Below the pieces are notes generated by a model that saw only the letters and a list, made by a program, of their open reading frames with translations, did not search any database and had not been told where the DNA came from. A stretch of 61,547 nt of DNA, filler included. It is 6 parts of 6 records of this genome, joined end to end, with 100 filler letters (N's around TTAATTAATTAA, not from the genome) between each part and the next. Parts side by side here need not be neighbours in the genome. Positions count along the whole stretch, not along the records: positions 26,431 to 36,629 come from SRR2962707_5527; positions 36,730 to 47,691 come from SRR2962707_5529; 4 more parts are not named here. One strand, 5' to 3'. Position numbers and translations under genes: made by a program. The stretch's first letter is position 1, and the number at the start of each line of letters is the position of its first letter. Of the stretch, positions 32,083 to 41,540 are shown piece by piece.

Positions 32083-32625
32083 TTATTCGAGGTAGTAGAG
32101 GGAATCAACGCCCCGGCTCTGGAAATCTCCGGTGCTGTCATTGCCTCTGGGCATCGGAATTGGGCACAGGTCCTGCACTTCCCGATCGGTTACGCGGGAA
32201 ACACAGGCACGGAACCTGGGCTCCAGCTTGAGTTCCATAACGGTTTCCACCACGCCGTCACTGTGTTCATTCACGGCAACCATTTTGGCGCCACGGATGT
32301 AGCTATCAACGTAGGTGCGGAACATATCGTTCTGCAATACGAAATCGTTAACCGTTGAGCTGCCGTAGATCACGGTGCCATAAACCCGTTCCGCCAGGTT
32401 GCGATAGGCATCCAACTGGGACGCACGCCGGGCAAGCAAGCGCTTACGCGTGTTCAGGCGATCTTTCGACACTTGCTCATAGGTTCCGAAGCCGCTAACC
32501 CTCACCGTAATCGGGTCCAGTTCGGTCTGCTGCCGGTCGGCACTGGCGTTCCGGTGCTGGCCCACGGGGGCGCAGCCGATCATTGTTACCACCAGCGCAG
32601 GTATCAGTATCCGCCGCAGGGTCAT
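32083..32625 (-). CDS. flgP: LPP20/FlgP-like lipoprotein
   Basis: Lipobox MIGC; LLARRASQLDAYRNLAERVYG...VDSYIRGA; start at the ATG at 32625 after GGAG. Confidence 0.75.
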   Translation of the reverse strand: MTLRRILIPALVVTMIGCAPVGQHRNASADRQQTELDPITVRVSGFGTYEQVSKDRLNTRKRLLARRASQLDAYRNLAERVYGTVIYGSSTVNDFVLQNDMFRTYVDSYIRGAKMVAVNEHSDGVVETVMELKLEPRFRACVSRVTDREVQDLCPIPMPRGNDSTGDFQSRGVDSLYYLE

Positions 32626-32880
32626 GTTGGTTCTCCGCAAAAAACATCTGTTCACTGCCCTTATGAAAAATTCACGCCAACCTTTGTAACCGACTGAATT
32701 CCATAATTTCATGTCCCACCGGGCCCGCCACACAGAAACCAGGCGGCAAAAAACTACCGCTATTTACAGTAAAAAAACAAACCGTTACCGCATCACCGGT
32801 GAGTCACGGTGGCAACTGAATTAACCTGAACTGAATGTCATTTTTAAATTAGCAGTATCATCGCTTCATCAGGACACATC

Positions 32881-34140
32881 ATGACCCCATATCGTCTGAC
32901 CAAGCTATCACTGGCCATCGGCCTTTCCATCGCCACCACCTCCGCCATCGCGAGCCCGCAGGCGTTCATGTCGTCACGCTCCTTCGCCATGGGCGGCACC
33001 GGTGTTGCCGTCGCCCATCCGGCTGCGGCGGGCGCCACCAATCCGGCGATGATGGCTGCAGACCACCATGAATGGTCCAACGATTTTGGTCTGATGCTGC
33101 CCTCCGTCAACGCCCGCTTTGCGGACGAAGAGGAAACCGTTGATCAGATCGACGATATTCAAGACACGATTGATCGCTTCCAGGAACTGGATAAGACGTC
33201 CAACCCGCAAGATGCCCGCCAAGCCGCCGGTGACCTGAGACGCCAGCTCAATGACTTTGACCGCGACACCGTCCGGATTGACGGCGGCCTGGGACTCGCC
33301 CTGGCCGTGCCCACCGAGTCTTTTGCCGTCGGCTTTTTCACCAACGGCAACGTTCGCGCCACCGTCCGCGGGGAGTTCGACGAGGACGACGAGCAGTTTC
33401 TGGCCGACCTGGAAACGGCAAGCATCGTCGACCTGATTGCCGCCGATCTCGACCGCGACCTGGAGTCCCGCGGCCGCATCCTGGCCTCTGCCGTTGCCGA
33501 AGTAGGTCTTTCCATCGCCACTTCCATAGAGCTTCAGGACAGCTCACGGCTGCAACTCGGCGTATCGCCAAAATACGTTCAACTGCGCACCTTCCAATAC
33601 ACCGAAACCGTCTCCGGGTTTGAGGACGACGAGTTCGACAGCGACGAATACCAGACCGACAAGAGCGGGTTCAACCTGGACGTGGGCGCCGCCTACGCTT
33701 TCGGATCCCGCAACCAGTGGAATGCCGGCATTGCGGTCAAGAACCTGATCCCGATGGAGCTGGACTCTGCAGCCAGCCGCCCAGACGAGGAAAAGCGCAC
33801 TCTGGAACTTGAGCCGATGGTAACTGCGGGCATCGCCCATAAAGGCGACTTCCACGTGCTGACCGCAGAAGTGGACCTGACGGAAAAGAAAGCCTTCGGC
33901 TATGAGGATGACACCCAGTGGGTTGCTCTCGGCGCGGAGTTCGACGCTTTCCGCTACGCGCAACTTCGCTTCGGCGTGCGCCAGAACCTGGCCAGCAATG
34001 ACGACAACGATGGCATCGAGGAAGACACCCAGTTTACGGCCGGTATCGGCCTGTCGCCCTTCGGTGCCCGCCTCGATATCGGCGGCCTGATCAGCGATGC
34101 CGATCTGGGCGCGGCGATTGAGTTCGGCGCTGCGTTCTAA
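32881..34140 (+). CDS. TraF-like (TraF_2) outer-membrane beta-barrel protein
   Basis: Signal peptide, RSFAMGGTGVA...NPA motif, FTAGIGLSPF, C-terminal Phe. Confidence 0.75.
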   Translation: MTPYRLTKLSLAIGLSIATTSAIASPQAFMSSRSFAMGGTGVAVAHPAAAGATNPAMMAADHHEWSNDFGLMLPSVNARFADEEETVDQIDDIQDTIDRFQELDKTSNPQDARQAAGDLRRQLNDFDRDTVRIDGGLGLALAVPTESFAVGFFTNGNVRATVRGEFDEDDEQFLADLETASIVDLIAADLDRDLESRGRILASAVAEVGLSIATSIELQDSSRLQLGVSPKYVQLRTFQYTETVSGFEDDEFDSDEYQTDKSGFNLDVGAAYAFGSRNQWNAGIAVKNLIPMELDSAASRPDEEKRTLELEPMVTAGIAHKGDFHVLTAEVDLTEKKAFGYEDDTQWVALGAEFDAFRYAQLRFGVRQNLASNDDNDGIEEDTQFTAGIGLSPFGARLDIGGLISDADLGAAIEFGAAF

Positions 34141-34165
34141 GCCTGTTGTATAGAAGCAGTCCACC

Positions 34166-34193
34166 AAGCCCGGTTTGATACCGGGCTTTTTTT
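34166..34193 (+). terminator. Rho-independent terminator
   Basis: AAGCCCGGT-TTGAT-ACCGGGC followed by T7. Confidence 0.9.
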
Positions 34194-34273
34194 GTGGCCA
34201 ACCGGTTTGCCTGTGGCCAGCCTTGCCGGGATAATCCCCAGAGCAACATCCCTCAAGGAGCAGAACCCAATCC

Positions 34274-35383
34274 ATGAAAACCTATCTGGTGGGCGGAGCC
34301 GTCCGTGATGAACTTCTTGGTCTGCCGGTCAAAGACCGGGACTGGGTGGTCACCGGTGCAACTCCGGAAGACATGTTGCGAAAGGGCTTCAAGCAGGTAG
34401 GCGCGGATTTTCCGGTATTCCTTCACCCAGACACCCGGGAGGAGTACGCATTAGCACGAACGGAACGAAAGCAGGGGCGAGGCTACCACGGATTTACCGT
34501 GTACAGCGCCCCGGACGTGCCCCTTGAGGACGATCTGAAGCGCCGTGACCTGACCATCAACGCCATGGCAAAGTCCACCGCAGGTGAAATTGTCGACCCC
34601 TTCCACGGCCGCCAGGACCTGCAGGATCACAAACTACGCCACGTTTCCGAGGCCTTCGCCGAGGATCCGCTGCGCATACTGCGCACCGCACGCTTTGCTG
34701 CCCGCCTGCAGCCCCAGGGATTCACCATTGCCGAACCCACCATGGCGCTGATGCGGCAGATGGTGGACCAGGGCGAGGTCGGCGACCTGGTGCCGGAGCG
34801 GGTATGGCAGGAAATCCAGCGAGCGTTGCATGAGCAGGAACCCGGCACCTTTTTCGAAGTCCTGCGTGAATGCGGCGCACTAGCCGTCCTTATACCGGAG
34901 CTTGAGCCACTCGAGGCGTTTTCAGGCGCCATCGGCGCCTTGCGCCGTGCCCACGAAAGCAGCGATGATACGAGTGTCCGCTTCGCCGCGCTGCTTTCCC
35001 CCCTGGCGCCAGCCGAAGCCCGGAATCGAGCCAGGGCACTGAAAGCCCCCAACGACTGCCAGGATCTCACCCGCCTCATCACCGACGTGATACCAAAGAT
35101 CCACACCATGACGTCTCACGACGCCGACCTGTTGCTGGACATGCTGGATGGAGCAGACGTGTGGCGTCGGGCAGACCGATTTTCCGGCCTATTGGTTGCT
35201 CTGAAATGCGCGCTGCCGGAGCCAGAGCGGCACAGGGTGGATTGGCTGGAATCCGCGCAACACGCCGCCACCGGGGTACAGGCGAAAACCCTGATGGAAC
35301 AAGGGTTTCGTGGAAAAGAACTGGGTGAAGCAATCCGCAAAGAGCGGTTGCGGCGTATCCTCGCATTCCTCAACAAAGAGTAG
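34274..35383 (+). CDS. cca: CCA tRNA nucleotidyltransferase (short form)
   Basis: YLVGGAVRD, DRD, RRDLTINA, EDPLRILR, ERVWQE. Confidence 0.92.
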   Translation: MKTYLVGGAVRDELLGLPVKDRDWVVTGATPEDMLRKGFKQVGADFPVFLHPDTREEYALARTERKQGRGYHGFTVYSAPDVPLEDDLKRRDLTINAMAKSTAGEIVDPFHGRQDLQDHKLRHVSEAFAEDPLRILRTARFAARLQPQGFTIAEPTMALMRQMVDQGEVGDLVPERVWQEIQRALHEQEPGTFFEVLRECGALAVLIPELEPLEAFSGAIGALRRAHESSDDTSVRFAALLSPLAPAEARNRARALKAPNDCQDLTRLITDVIPKIHTMTSHDADLLLDMLDGADVWRRADRFSGLLVALKCALPEPERHRVDWLESAQHAATGVQAKTLMEQGFRGKELGEAIRKERLRRILAFLNKE

Positions 35384-35390
35384 ACACGCG

Positions 35391-36137
35391 ATGGCATCCT
35401 CAACACCTGTAGTGCTCATTACCGGCGCAGCGCATCGGCTTGGCGCCCATACCGCCAGACATCTTCACCAACGCGGCTGGAACCTGGTCATTCATTACCG
35501 TTCGCGGGAGGCGGACGCAAACGCCCTTCGTGACGAGCTCAACAGCATCCGGCAGGACTCGGCGGTTGCCATCCAGACCGACCTTGCCGCCCCGGATCAG
35601 ACAGAACTGCTGGCCCGCAAGGCAGTTTCCACCTGGGGTCGGCTTGATGGCCTGGTGAACAACGCCTCGGTGTTCTACCCGAACCCTACACAGGACGCCA
35701 GCGCAGGTGACTGGGACGCGATCATGAACACCAACCTGCGGGCGCCTTTTTTTCTCGGCCAGGCCTGCCTGCCAGCGTTGAAACTGTCACAGGGCGCCAT
35801 CGTGAATCTTATCGACATCTACAGCCAACGGCCGCTGGCCGACCATCCGCTTTACTGCGCCAGCAAGTCCGGGCTCGCTTCACTGACCCTGTCCTGGGCG
35901 AAGGACCTGGCACCGGAGGTACGTGTAAATGGGGTTTCACCAGGCGCGATCCTTTGGCCAGAGGGTGACGCGGCGATCGACGAAGGTTACCAGCAAAGTA
36001 TACTGGCCAAGACGCCCCTGGCCCGCACCGGCAAGCCGGAGGACATTGCTGGCGCCATCGCCTTCCTGCTGTGCGACGCCCCGTTTGTCACCGGCCAGAT
36101 CCTCGCGGTGGATGGCGGACGCAGCCTCAATATGTAA
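35391..36137 (+). CDS. folM: Pteridine reductase (FolM-like SDR)
   Basis: TGAAHRLG, LVNNAS, YCASK; cca-folM adjacency. Confidence 0.8.
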   Translation: MASSTPVVLITGAAHRLGAHTARHLHQRGWNLVIHYRSREADANALRDELNSIRQDSAVAIQTDLAAPDQTELLARKAVSTWGRLDGLVNNASVFYPNPTQDASAGDWDAIMNTNLRAPFFLGQACLPALKLSQGAIVNLIDIYSQRPLADHPLYCASKSGLASLTLSWAKDLAPEVRVNGVSPGAILWPEGDAAIDEGYQQSILAKTPLARTGKPEDIAGAIAFLLCDAPFVTGQILAVDGGRSLNM

Positions 36138-36227
36138 AACCATCGCAGTTGCCTGCTTTGGCCCACTCTCGCTTTCCGATACAATGAAGCCAGCTTTTAA
36201 AATCTGCGTGCAAACCGGAGAGACTCC

Positions 36228-36629
36228 ATGCGTGATGTAGTTATCGTAGCCGCCAAACGTACCGCCGTCGGCAGCTTCGGCGGCGGGCTGTCCAGCCTGA
36301 GTGCCGATAAGCTGGGCAGCGCCGTTATCAAAGCCCTGCTTGAAGAAACCGGTGTTGCTGCCGATCAGGTCAACGAAGTGGTCCTTGGCCAGGTTCTGAC
36401 GGCCGGTTGCGGACAGAATCCGGCACGCCAGGCGTCCATCAACGCCGGCATCCCCGCCTCTGTACCGGCAATGACGATCAACAAGGTATGTGGCTCGGGA
36501 CTGAAGGCGGTGCACATGGCGGTCCAGGCCATTCGCTGCGGCGATGCCGAGCTGATGATTGCCGGTGGTCAGGAGAGCATGAGCCAGGCTCCCCACGTGC
36601 TGCCCAACAGCCGCAACGGCCAGCGCATG
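36228..36629 (+). CDS. Acetyl-CoA C-acetyltransferase (thiolase), 5' part
   Basis: RTAVGSFGG, GQNPARQA, INKVCGSG, GGQESMS. Confidence 0.93.
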
Positions 36630-36729
36630 NNNNNNNNNNNNNNNNNNNNNNNNNNNNNNNNNNNNNNNNNNNNTTAATTAATTAANNNNNNNNNNNNNNN
36701 NNNNNNNNNNNNNNNNNNNNNNNNNNNNN
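36630..36729. other. Artificial contig linker
   Basis: N44-TTAATTAATTAA-N44. Confidence 0.99.
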
Positions 36730-39609
36730 TTCGCGCATTTCCTGTTCGGCGCGCAGGTTCACCGGTCCCATGGTTTCACGTTCACGCTGCAGCCGTTCGA
36801 CCTTGCGCTCGGTCTGTTCCAGATCGGGCAGGTCTTTTTCCGGGTCGAGACCGGAAATCTCGAATAACTGATCAGGACGGCATTCAAGCCGGTCGTCGAC
36901 CCGCTCCGCAATCGCGTGACAGGTCTGCAGGGCCTGTTCGACGCTGCCTTCGGCGCGGACCCGGTTTTCACGTGCACGGGCCATGTCGGCTTCGACGGTG
37001 CGGAGCTTCTTGTCGGCTTCGGCGAGGCGCGTTTCCGCGGTCTGCAGCTTGTCGGCGGCATCGCGGCGGTTCTGTTCGGCTTTTTCGATCTCGCTGAGCA
37101 GGGCCTGACGGCGTTCGTTGAGCGCCGCCGGTTTCGCCGCCAGTTCCTCGCGCACGGCTTCAAGCTCGGCCCGGCGCGCCGTCAGTTCTTCGAGACGGGT
37201 CCCGGAGCCCTGCTTGCGGTCGGCCCAGGACTGGGTCTCGCGGCTGATGGCGTCGAGGCGCTGTGCGCGTTCGCGGGCCATGCGTTCGATCTCGTCATGA
37301 CGGGCGCGGCATTCCATCAGATGCGTGCGCAGTCCCGACAGTTCTTCGCGCATGGTTTCGATCTGCGCGCGATCGCCGTTGATATCCGGCAATTCGGCCA
37401 GTTCACCCCGGGCTTCCTCAAGCTGTCCACCGGCTTCGGCAAGGTCGCTTTCCTGGGTCGTGATCTGTTCACCGACGGCAGCCAGGCGCGAGCCGTGTGC
37501 GGCCATGCGTTCCTTGATCTTGGACAGGGCTTCGCGGATATCGGCGAGGGCCTTTTCGGTGTTGCGGACCCCGTCACGGGCAGCCTGCACGGCTTCGGTC
37601 CGTTGCTGCACAAGTTCACGGGCTTGCTCAAAAGCCTTGTCGGCATCCGCAAGGCGCTGGTTGGCGCCGGTGGCCTGACCTTCAAGCTCACGGAGCCGGT
37701 TGCGCTGCTCAAGACGGCGGGCGGCGGAGGTGGTGGCACCGGCGGCGATGGTATAGCCGTCCCAGCGGACAAGGGCGCCGTCGCGGGTCACCAGCCGTTG
37801 GCCGGGCCGCAACTGGGCGATCATCGCATCGGCACCTGCAAGGGTGTCGACGACACCGATCTGGGCCAACCGGCGGGCCAGCGCGGCTGGGGCCTGAACC
37901 CACTGGCTGAGCGGCGTGGCACCGGCCGGCAGGTGCGGGGCGTCGGTGAGCGGCGGCAGGGCGCGCCAGTGAATGTCGGCGGCCTCGTCGATCGGGGCTT
38001 CGATTTCGTCCCCCAGCGCGGTGCCCAGCGCGACCTCGAACCCGGGTTCGACGGACACGGCATCGATCAGCGGCGGGAACATGTCGGGATCGCCGGTATC
38101 CAGCAGTTTGCTGAGCGCTTCGCGTTCGGCGGCCAGCTTGGTGGCGGCGTCACGGGCTTCGTTGAGTGTACCGCGCAGGGCTTCGCGTTCGGCTTCGGCG
38201 GTTTTCTGGGCTGTCTCGGCGGCTTCCAGAACCTCGTGGGCATCGCCGACGGCGCTTTCGGTGCGGGCAAGATCGGCCTCGGCATCGCTCAGCGCATCCG
38301 CTTCCGGTGCGTCGGCTTCGAGACGGGCGCGTTCGGCGGTCAATTCTTCGAGCCGTCCACTCAGACGGGTCTGACGCTGCGTCAGATCATCGAGCCGACG
38401 CTGCAGCGAGCCGCGGCGGGCTTCGGTATCGGCGACCCGCTGGGTCAGGCCGGACAACGCGGTTTCATGGGCTTCCACGGCTTCACCGGCGGCGGCCAGC
38501 TCACTGCCGGCGCGTTCGCGGTTTTCTTCCTCGCCTTCGCGGGCGGCGACGATAGCTGCATGTTCTTCGGACAGCCGGGCATGGGCGGCTTCGGCATCGG
38601 CGATCAGGGACTGTTCGCGGGTGGTGTCGGCGATGGTCTCTTCGATGCGATGGCGGGTATCGGCGGCCTGCGCTTCGATCCGCTGTTCTTCCTCGTCGAG
38701 CCCGTCGCGGGCAATGATAAGACGTTGCAGCGCAGCGCCACAGGCAGCTTCGGCGTCCCGCAGTGCCGGAATGTCGGCGGCGGCTTCGGCCTGTTCGGTG
38801 CCGGCCTCGGCGACGATGACGCCGAGACGGTTGACCTCGGCTTCGATTTCACTCAGGTGCACGCGGTATTTATCGAGGTCCTTTTCCGCCGTGGTCCAGC
38901 GCAGATAGAACAGTGTCGCTTCGGCGGTGCGGATCAGGTCCGACAGGTTGCGGTAGCGGGTCGCCTGGCGGGCCTGTTTCTTGAGCCCGTTCATCTGCGA
39001 TTCCAGGGTGACGAGGATGTCGTCGAGACGGTCCAGGTTGGTTTCCGCGCCTTTCAGCCGCAGTTCGGCTTCGTGGCGGCGGGAATGCAGACCGCGGATA
39101 CCGGCGGCTTCTTCGAGCAGAAGGCGGCGTTCGGTCGGCTTGGCGGCGATCACCGCGCCGATCTTGCCCTGGCTGACCAGCGCCGTGGAGCGCGAGCCGC
39201 TGCCCTGATCGGCAAACAGCAGCTGCACATCGCGGGCGCGGACGTCGGCACCGTTGATCTTATATAATGAGCCTTTTTCACGTTCGATGCGCCGCGCGAT
39301 CTCGAGATCGTCACCTTCGCCGAACTGCACCGGTGCGCCTTTCATGGCGTTGTCGAGGGTCAGCACCACTTCGGCGACGTTGCGCGGCGGGCGGCGGTCG
39401 GTACCCGAGAAGATGACGTCATCCATCTCGCCGCCCCGCATCTGCTTGGCCGACGTCTCACCCATGACCCATTTCAGGGCTTCGACAAGGTTCGACTTGC
39501 CGCAGCCGTTGGGGCCGACAACCCCGGTCAGACCGGCATCAATATCCAGCGTCGTCGGTTCGACGAAGGACTTGAACCCGCTGAGGCGCAATTTCTTGAA
39601 ATGCAGCAC
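36730..39609 (-). CDS. smc: Chromosome segregation protein SMC, 3'-truncated by the contig end
   Basis: GFKSF, GPNGCGKSN, EEAAGI, coiled coils, hinge, GPVNLRA; probable GTG start at 39609. Confidence 0.95.
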
Positions 39610-39725
39610 GCTCGTTAATGCTCCCAAAACCCGTCAGGGGATCGTGTGTCGGGGTCCCCGGTAAACGGCCTAAGACCCTGAGTATACCTGATATTATGTA
39701 AATATGGCGTCTTTTTGTCATATTT

Positions 39726-39741
39726 ACACAACATATTGGGG
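39726..39741. promoter_or_regulatory. NrdR-box-like site upstream of smc
   Basis: ACACAACATATTGGGG matches acaCwAtATaTwGtgt at 13 of 16 positions. Confidence 0.5.
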
Positions 39742-39824
39742 GACTATAGGGGGCGTGCGCGACAGGAGTCGAGCAATTTCAACAGCGGCTTTTGGGGATT
39801 TCTGGGGATAAGTTCGGCCCCCGA

Positions 39825-39848
39825 AACTTCCCCGGCACCGGGGAAGTT
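39825..39848 (-). terminator. Hairpin downstream of the repeat-protein gene
   Basis: AACTTCCCCGG-CA-CCGGGGAAGTT perfect inverted repeat; weak U tract. Confidence 0.6.
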
Positions 39849-39862
39849 ATGGAGGCTGAGGG

Positions 39863-41314
39863 TCAGCCGTTGACGGAAATGGCCCCCAACTGCCGGATGG
39901 TCTGGGTGGAACCCGGGAGCGGGCCGCCGGGCGCTTCGACCGCGATGGCGGCACTCAGGCGATCGCCGAGCGGTGCATCGTTGACCGTCGCGGACGCCAG
40001 CACGTCTTCTCCTGACAGGGTGCTGCCATCTTCAAAAGCCAGGTTCGGCAGATTGCCGTCAGCGCCGTTCCGGAACACAAGGGCATCTCCCTCGTTTCCG
40101 ATATTGATGACGAGATGGTCTCCACGCTTCTGAATATCCAGATCGGCGGGGCTTACATCGGGGCCGAACTGAATCGTGCTTTCGCTGAGGGCGATGGATG
40201 CGTCCATGGTATCCATGCCGTCCCCGGCATTATAGAGAATCTGGGAATTGCCGCCGACGCGGACATAGTCATCCCCGGTGCCGGCGTTAACGACGGAGAA
40301 TTCGGCGCCAACGATCTTGTCGTTGCCCTCACCCCCGTCAATAACCGCGTTTTTCTGGGCCGTGAGGACATCATCGCCGGTGCCGCCCGAAAGCTGGGCG
40401 TTGGCGCCTGCGCTGATCCGGTCATTACCGCTACCGCCGTCGATGCTGCTGTTGCTGCCCGAGGCACTGGCAACATCGTCGCCTTCTCCGAGCTGGATAT
40501 TGGCATTCGAATAGACGTAAACGGCGTCATTGCCATCGCCGGCGTCGATGATGGCATTGTCATAGGCACTGATGTAGTCGTTCCCGATGCCGCCGGAAGC
40601 CCGCAGGTTGTCATAGGCTTCTATGTGGTCATCACCTTCGCCGCCATGAGCGTTGAGATTGTCATAGCCGTCGATGTGATCATTGCCATTGCCGCCGTAG
40701 GCGACGACGTTCTCATACCCGGAGATGACATCATCGCCATCGCCGCCATAGGCGCGCAGTGAATCGTATCCGGAAATGGTGTCATTCCCTTTGTTGCCGT
40801 AAATCTCGCTGTTGTTGTAGCCGCTGATGGTGTCATCACCATCGCCGCCCGTCGCGTGCAAATTGTTGTAGCCGCTGATGGTGTCATCACCCTCGCCACC
40901 CATCGCCAGCATATTGTTGTAGCCGCTGATGGTATCGTTCCCTTTGCCACCGGAGGCCTCGAAGTTGTCTTGTCCCGAGACTTCGTCATCCTCGTCACCA
41001 CCGAAAAAGCGTACGAGGTTGCCGTTTTCGTCGTATTCAGCCTGAGCCTCGGGGTTGAGGCCGCCATCAGCCATGAACTTTTCCAGAAGCTGGATGAAAT
41101 TCTGCACCCTTGTGGCTGCAGGGCCGCTGATCAGGCCTGCATTCGGGCTTTCACCCTCTGCTTGATTTTCAGCAGCGGCATTCAGGGCCGTCAGGGCAGC
41201 GGCGGACTGGCTCTTGTTCTTGTTGATAATGTCGAACATGTGCTGGCTGTGCTGAGAATATGTCGACAGGGGGCTGAAAAGTCCCAGGGCATTCTGTGAG
41301 GAATCGACGGACAT
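39863..41314 (-). CDS. RTX-like calcium-binding beta-roll protein with 17-aa repeats
   Basis: About 15 units of ISGYxNxxAxGGxGxDx, followed by a haemolysin-type Ca-binding-related C-terminal domain; ATG at 41314 after AAAGGA. Confidence 0.85.
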   Translation of the reverse strand: MSVDSSQNALGLFSPLSTYSQHSQHMFDIINKNKSQSAAALTALNAAAENQAEGESPNAGLISGPAATRVQNFIQLLEKFMADGGLNPEAQAEYDENGNLVRFFGGDEDDEVSGQDNFEASGGKGNDTISGYNNMLAMGGEGDDTISGYNNLHATGGDGDDTISGYNNSEIYGNKGNDTISGYDSLRAYGGDGDDVISGYENVVAYGGNGNDHIDGYDNLNAHGGEGDDHIEAYDNLRASGGIGNDYISAYDNAIIDAGDGNDAVYVYSNANIQLGEGDDVASASGSNSSIDGGSGNDRISAGANAQLSGGTGDDVLTAQKNAVIDGGEGNDKIVGAEFSVVNAGTGDDYVRVGGNSQILYNAGDGMDTMDASIALSESTIQFGPDVSPADLDIQKRGDHLVINIGNEGDALVFRNGADGNLPNLAFEDGSTLSGEDVLASATVNDAPLGDRLSAAIAVEAPGGPLPGSTQTIRQLGAISVNG

Positions 41315-41361
41315 CGTGCATCCTTTCTGATACGCAGGCTTAAAATCGTTGGCGGAAATCA

Positions 41362-41377
41362 AGCAACAGCCGTGCCA
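41362..41377 (-). promoter_or_regulatory. sigma54 (-24/-12) promoter
   Basis: TGGCACG-GCTG-TTGCT, exact consensus, 47 nt upstream of the ATG. Confidence 0.85.
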
Positions 41378-41509
41378 GCAGCGGAGCTGAACAAATTTCC
41401 GGGACCGGTCACGGCCGGTGAAAAATTTTCAGTCCTGATCAAATTTCATCTGATTATTTTTGCTGGTTGTTCGCGTTAACCACAACCGGAGGAATATATG
41501 CCCTATCAA

Positions 41510-41528
41510 CCCGGCAAAATTTGCCGGG
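41510..41528. promoter_or_regulatory. Perfect dyad, ftr-like enhancer candidate
   Basis: CCCGGCAAA-A-TTTGCCGGG about 135 bp upstream of the sigma54 site; could instead be the lrp terminator. Confidence 0.55.
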
Positions 41529-41540
41529 CAGGAAATCCCT

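Noticed and set aside
32881..34140. TraF-like gene as evidence of a conjugative element
   Set aside because: No relaxase, T4SS or integrase genes; the flanks are housekeeping genes.
36916..39267. 783-aa plus-strand ORF
   Set aside because: Antisense shadow of smc.
40812..40942. Regularly spaced direct repeats as a possible CRISPR array
   Set aside because: The 51-bp period is in frame within a protein repeat, and there are no cas genes.
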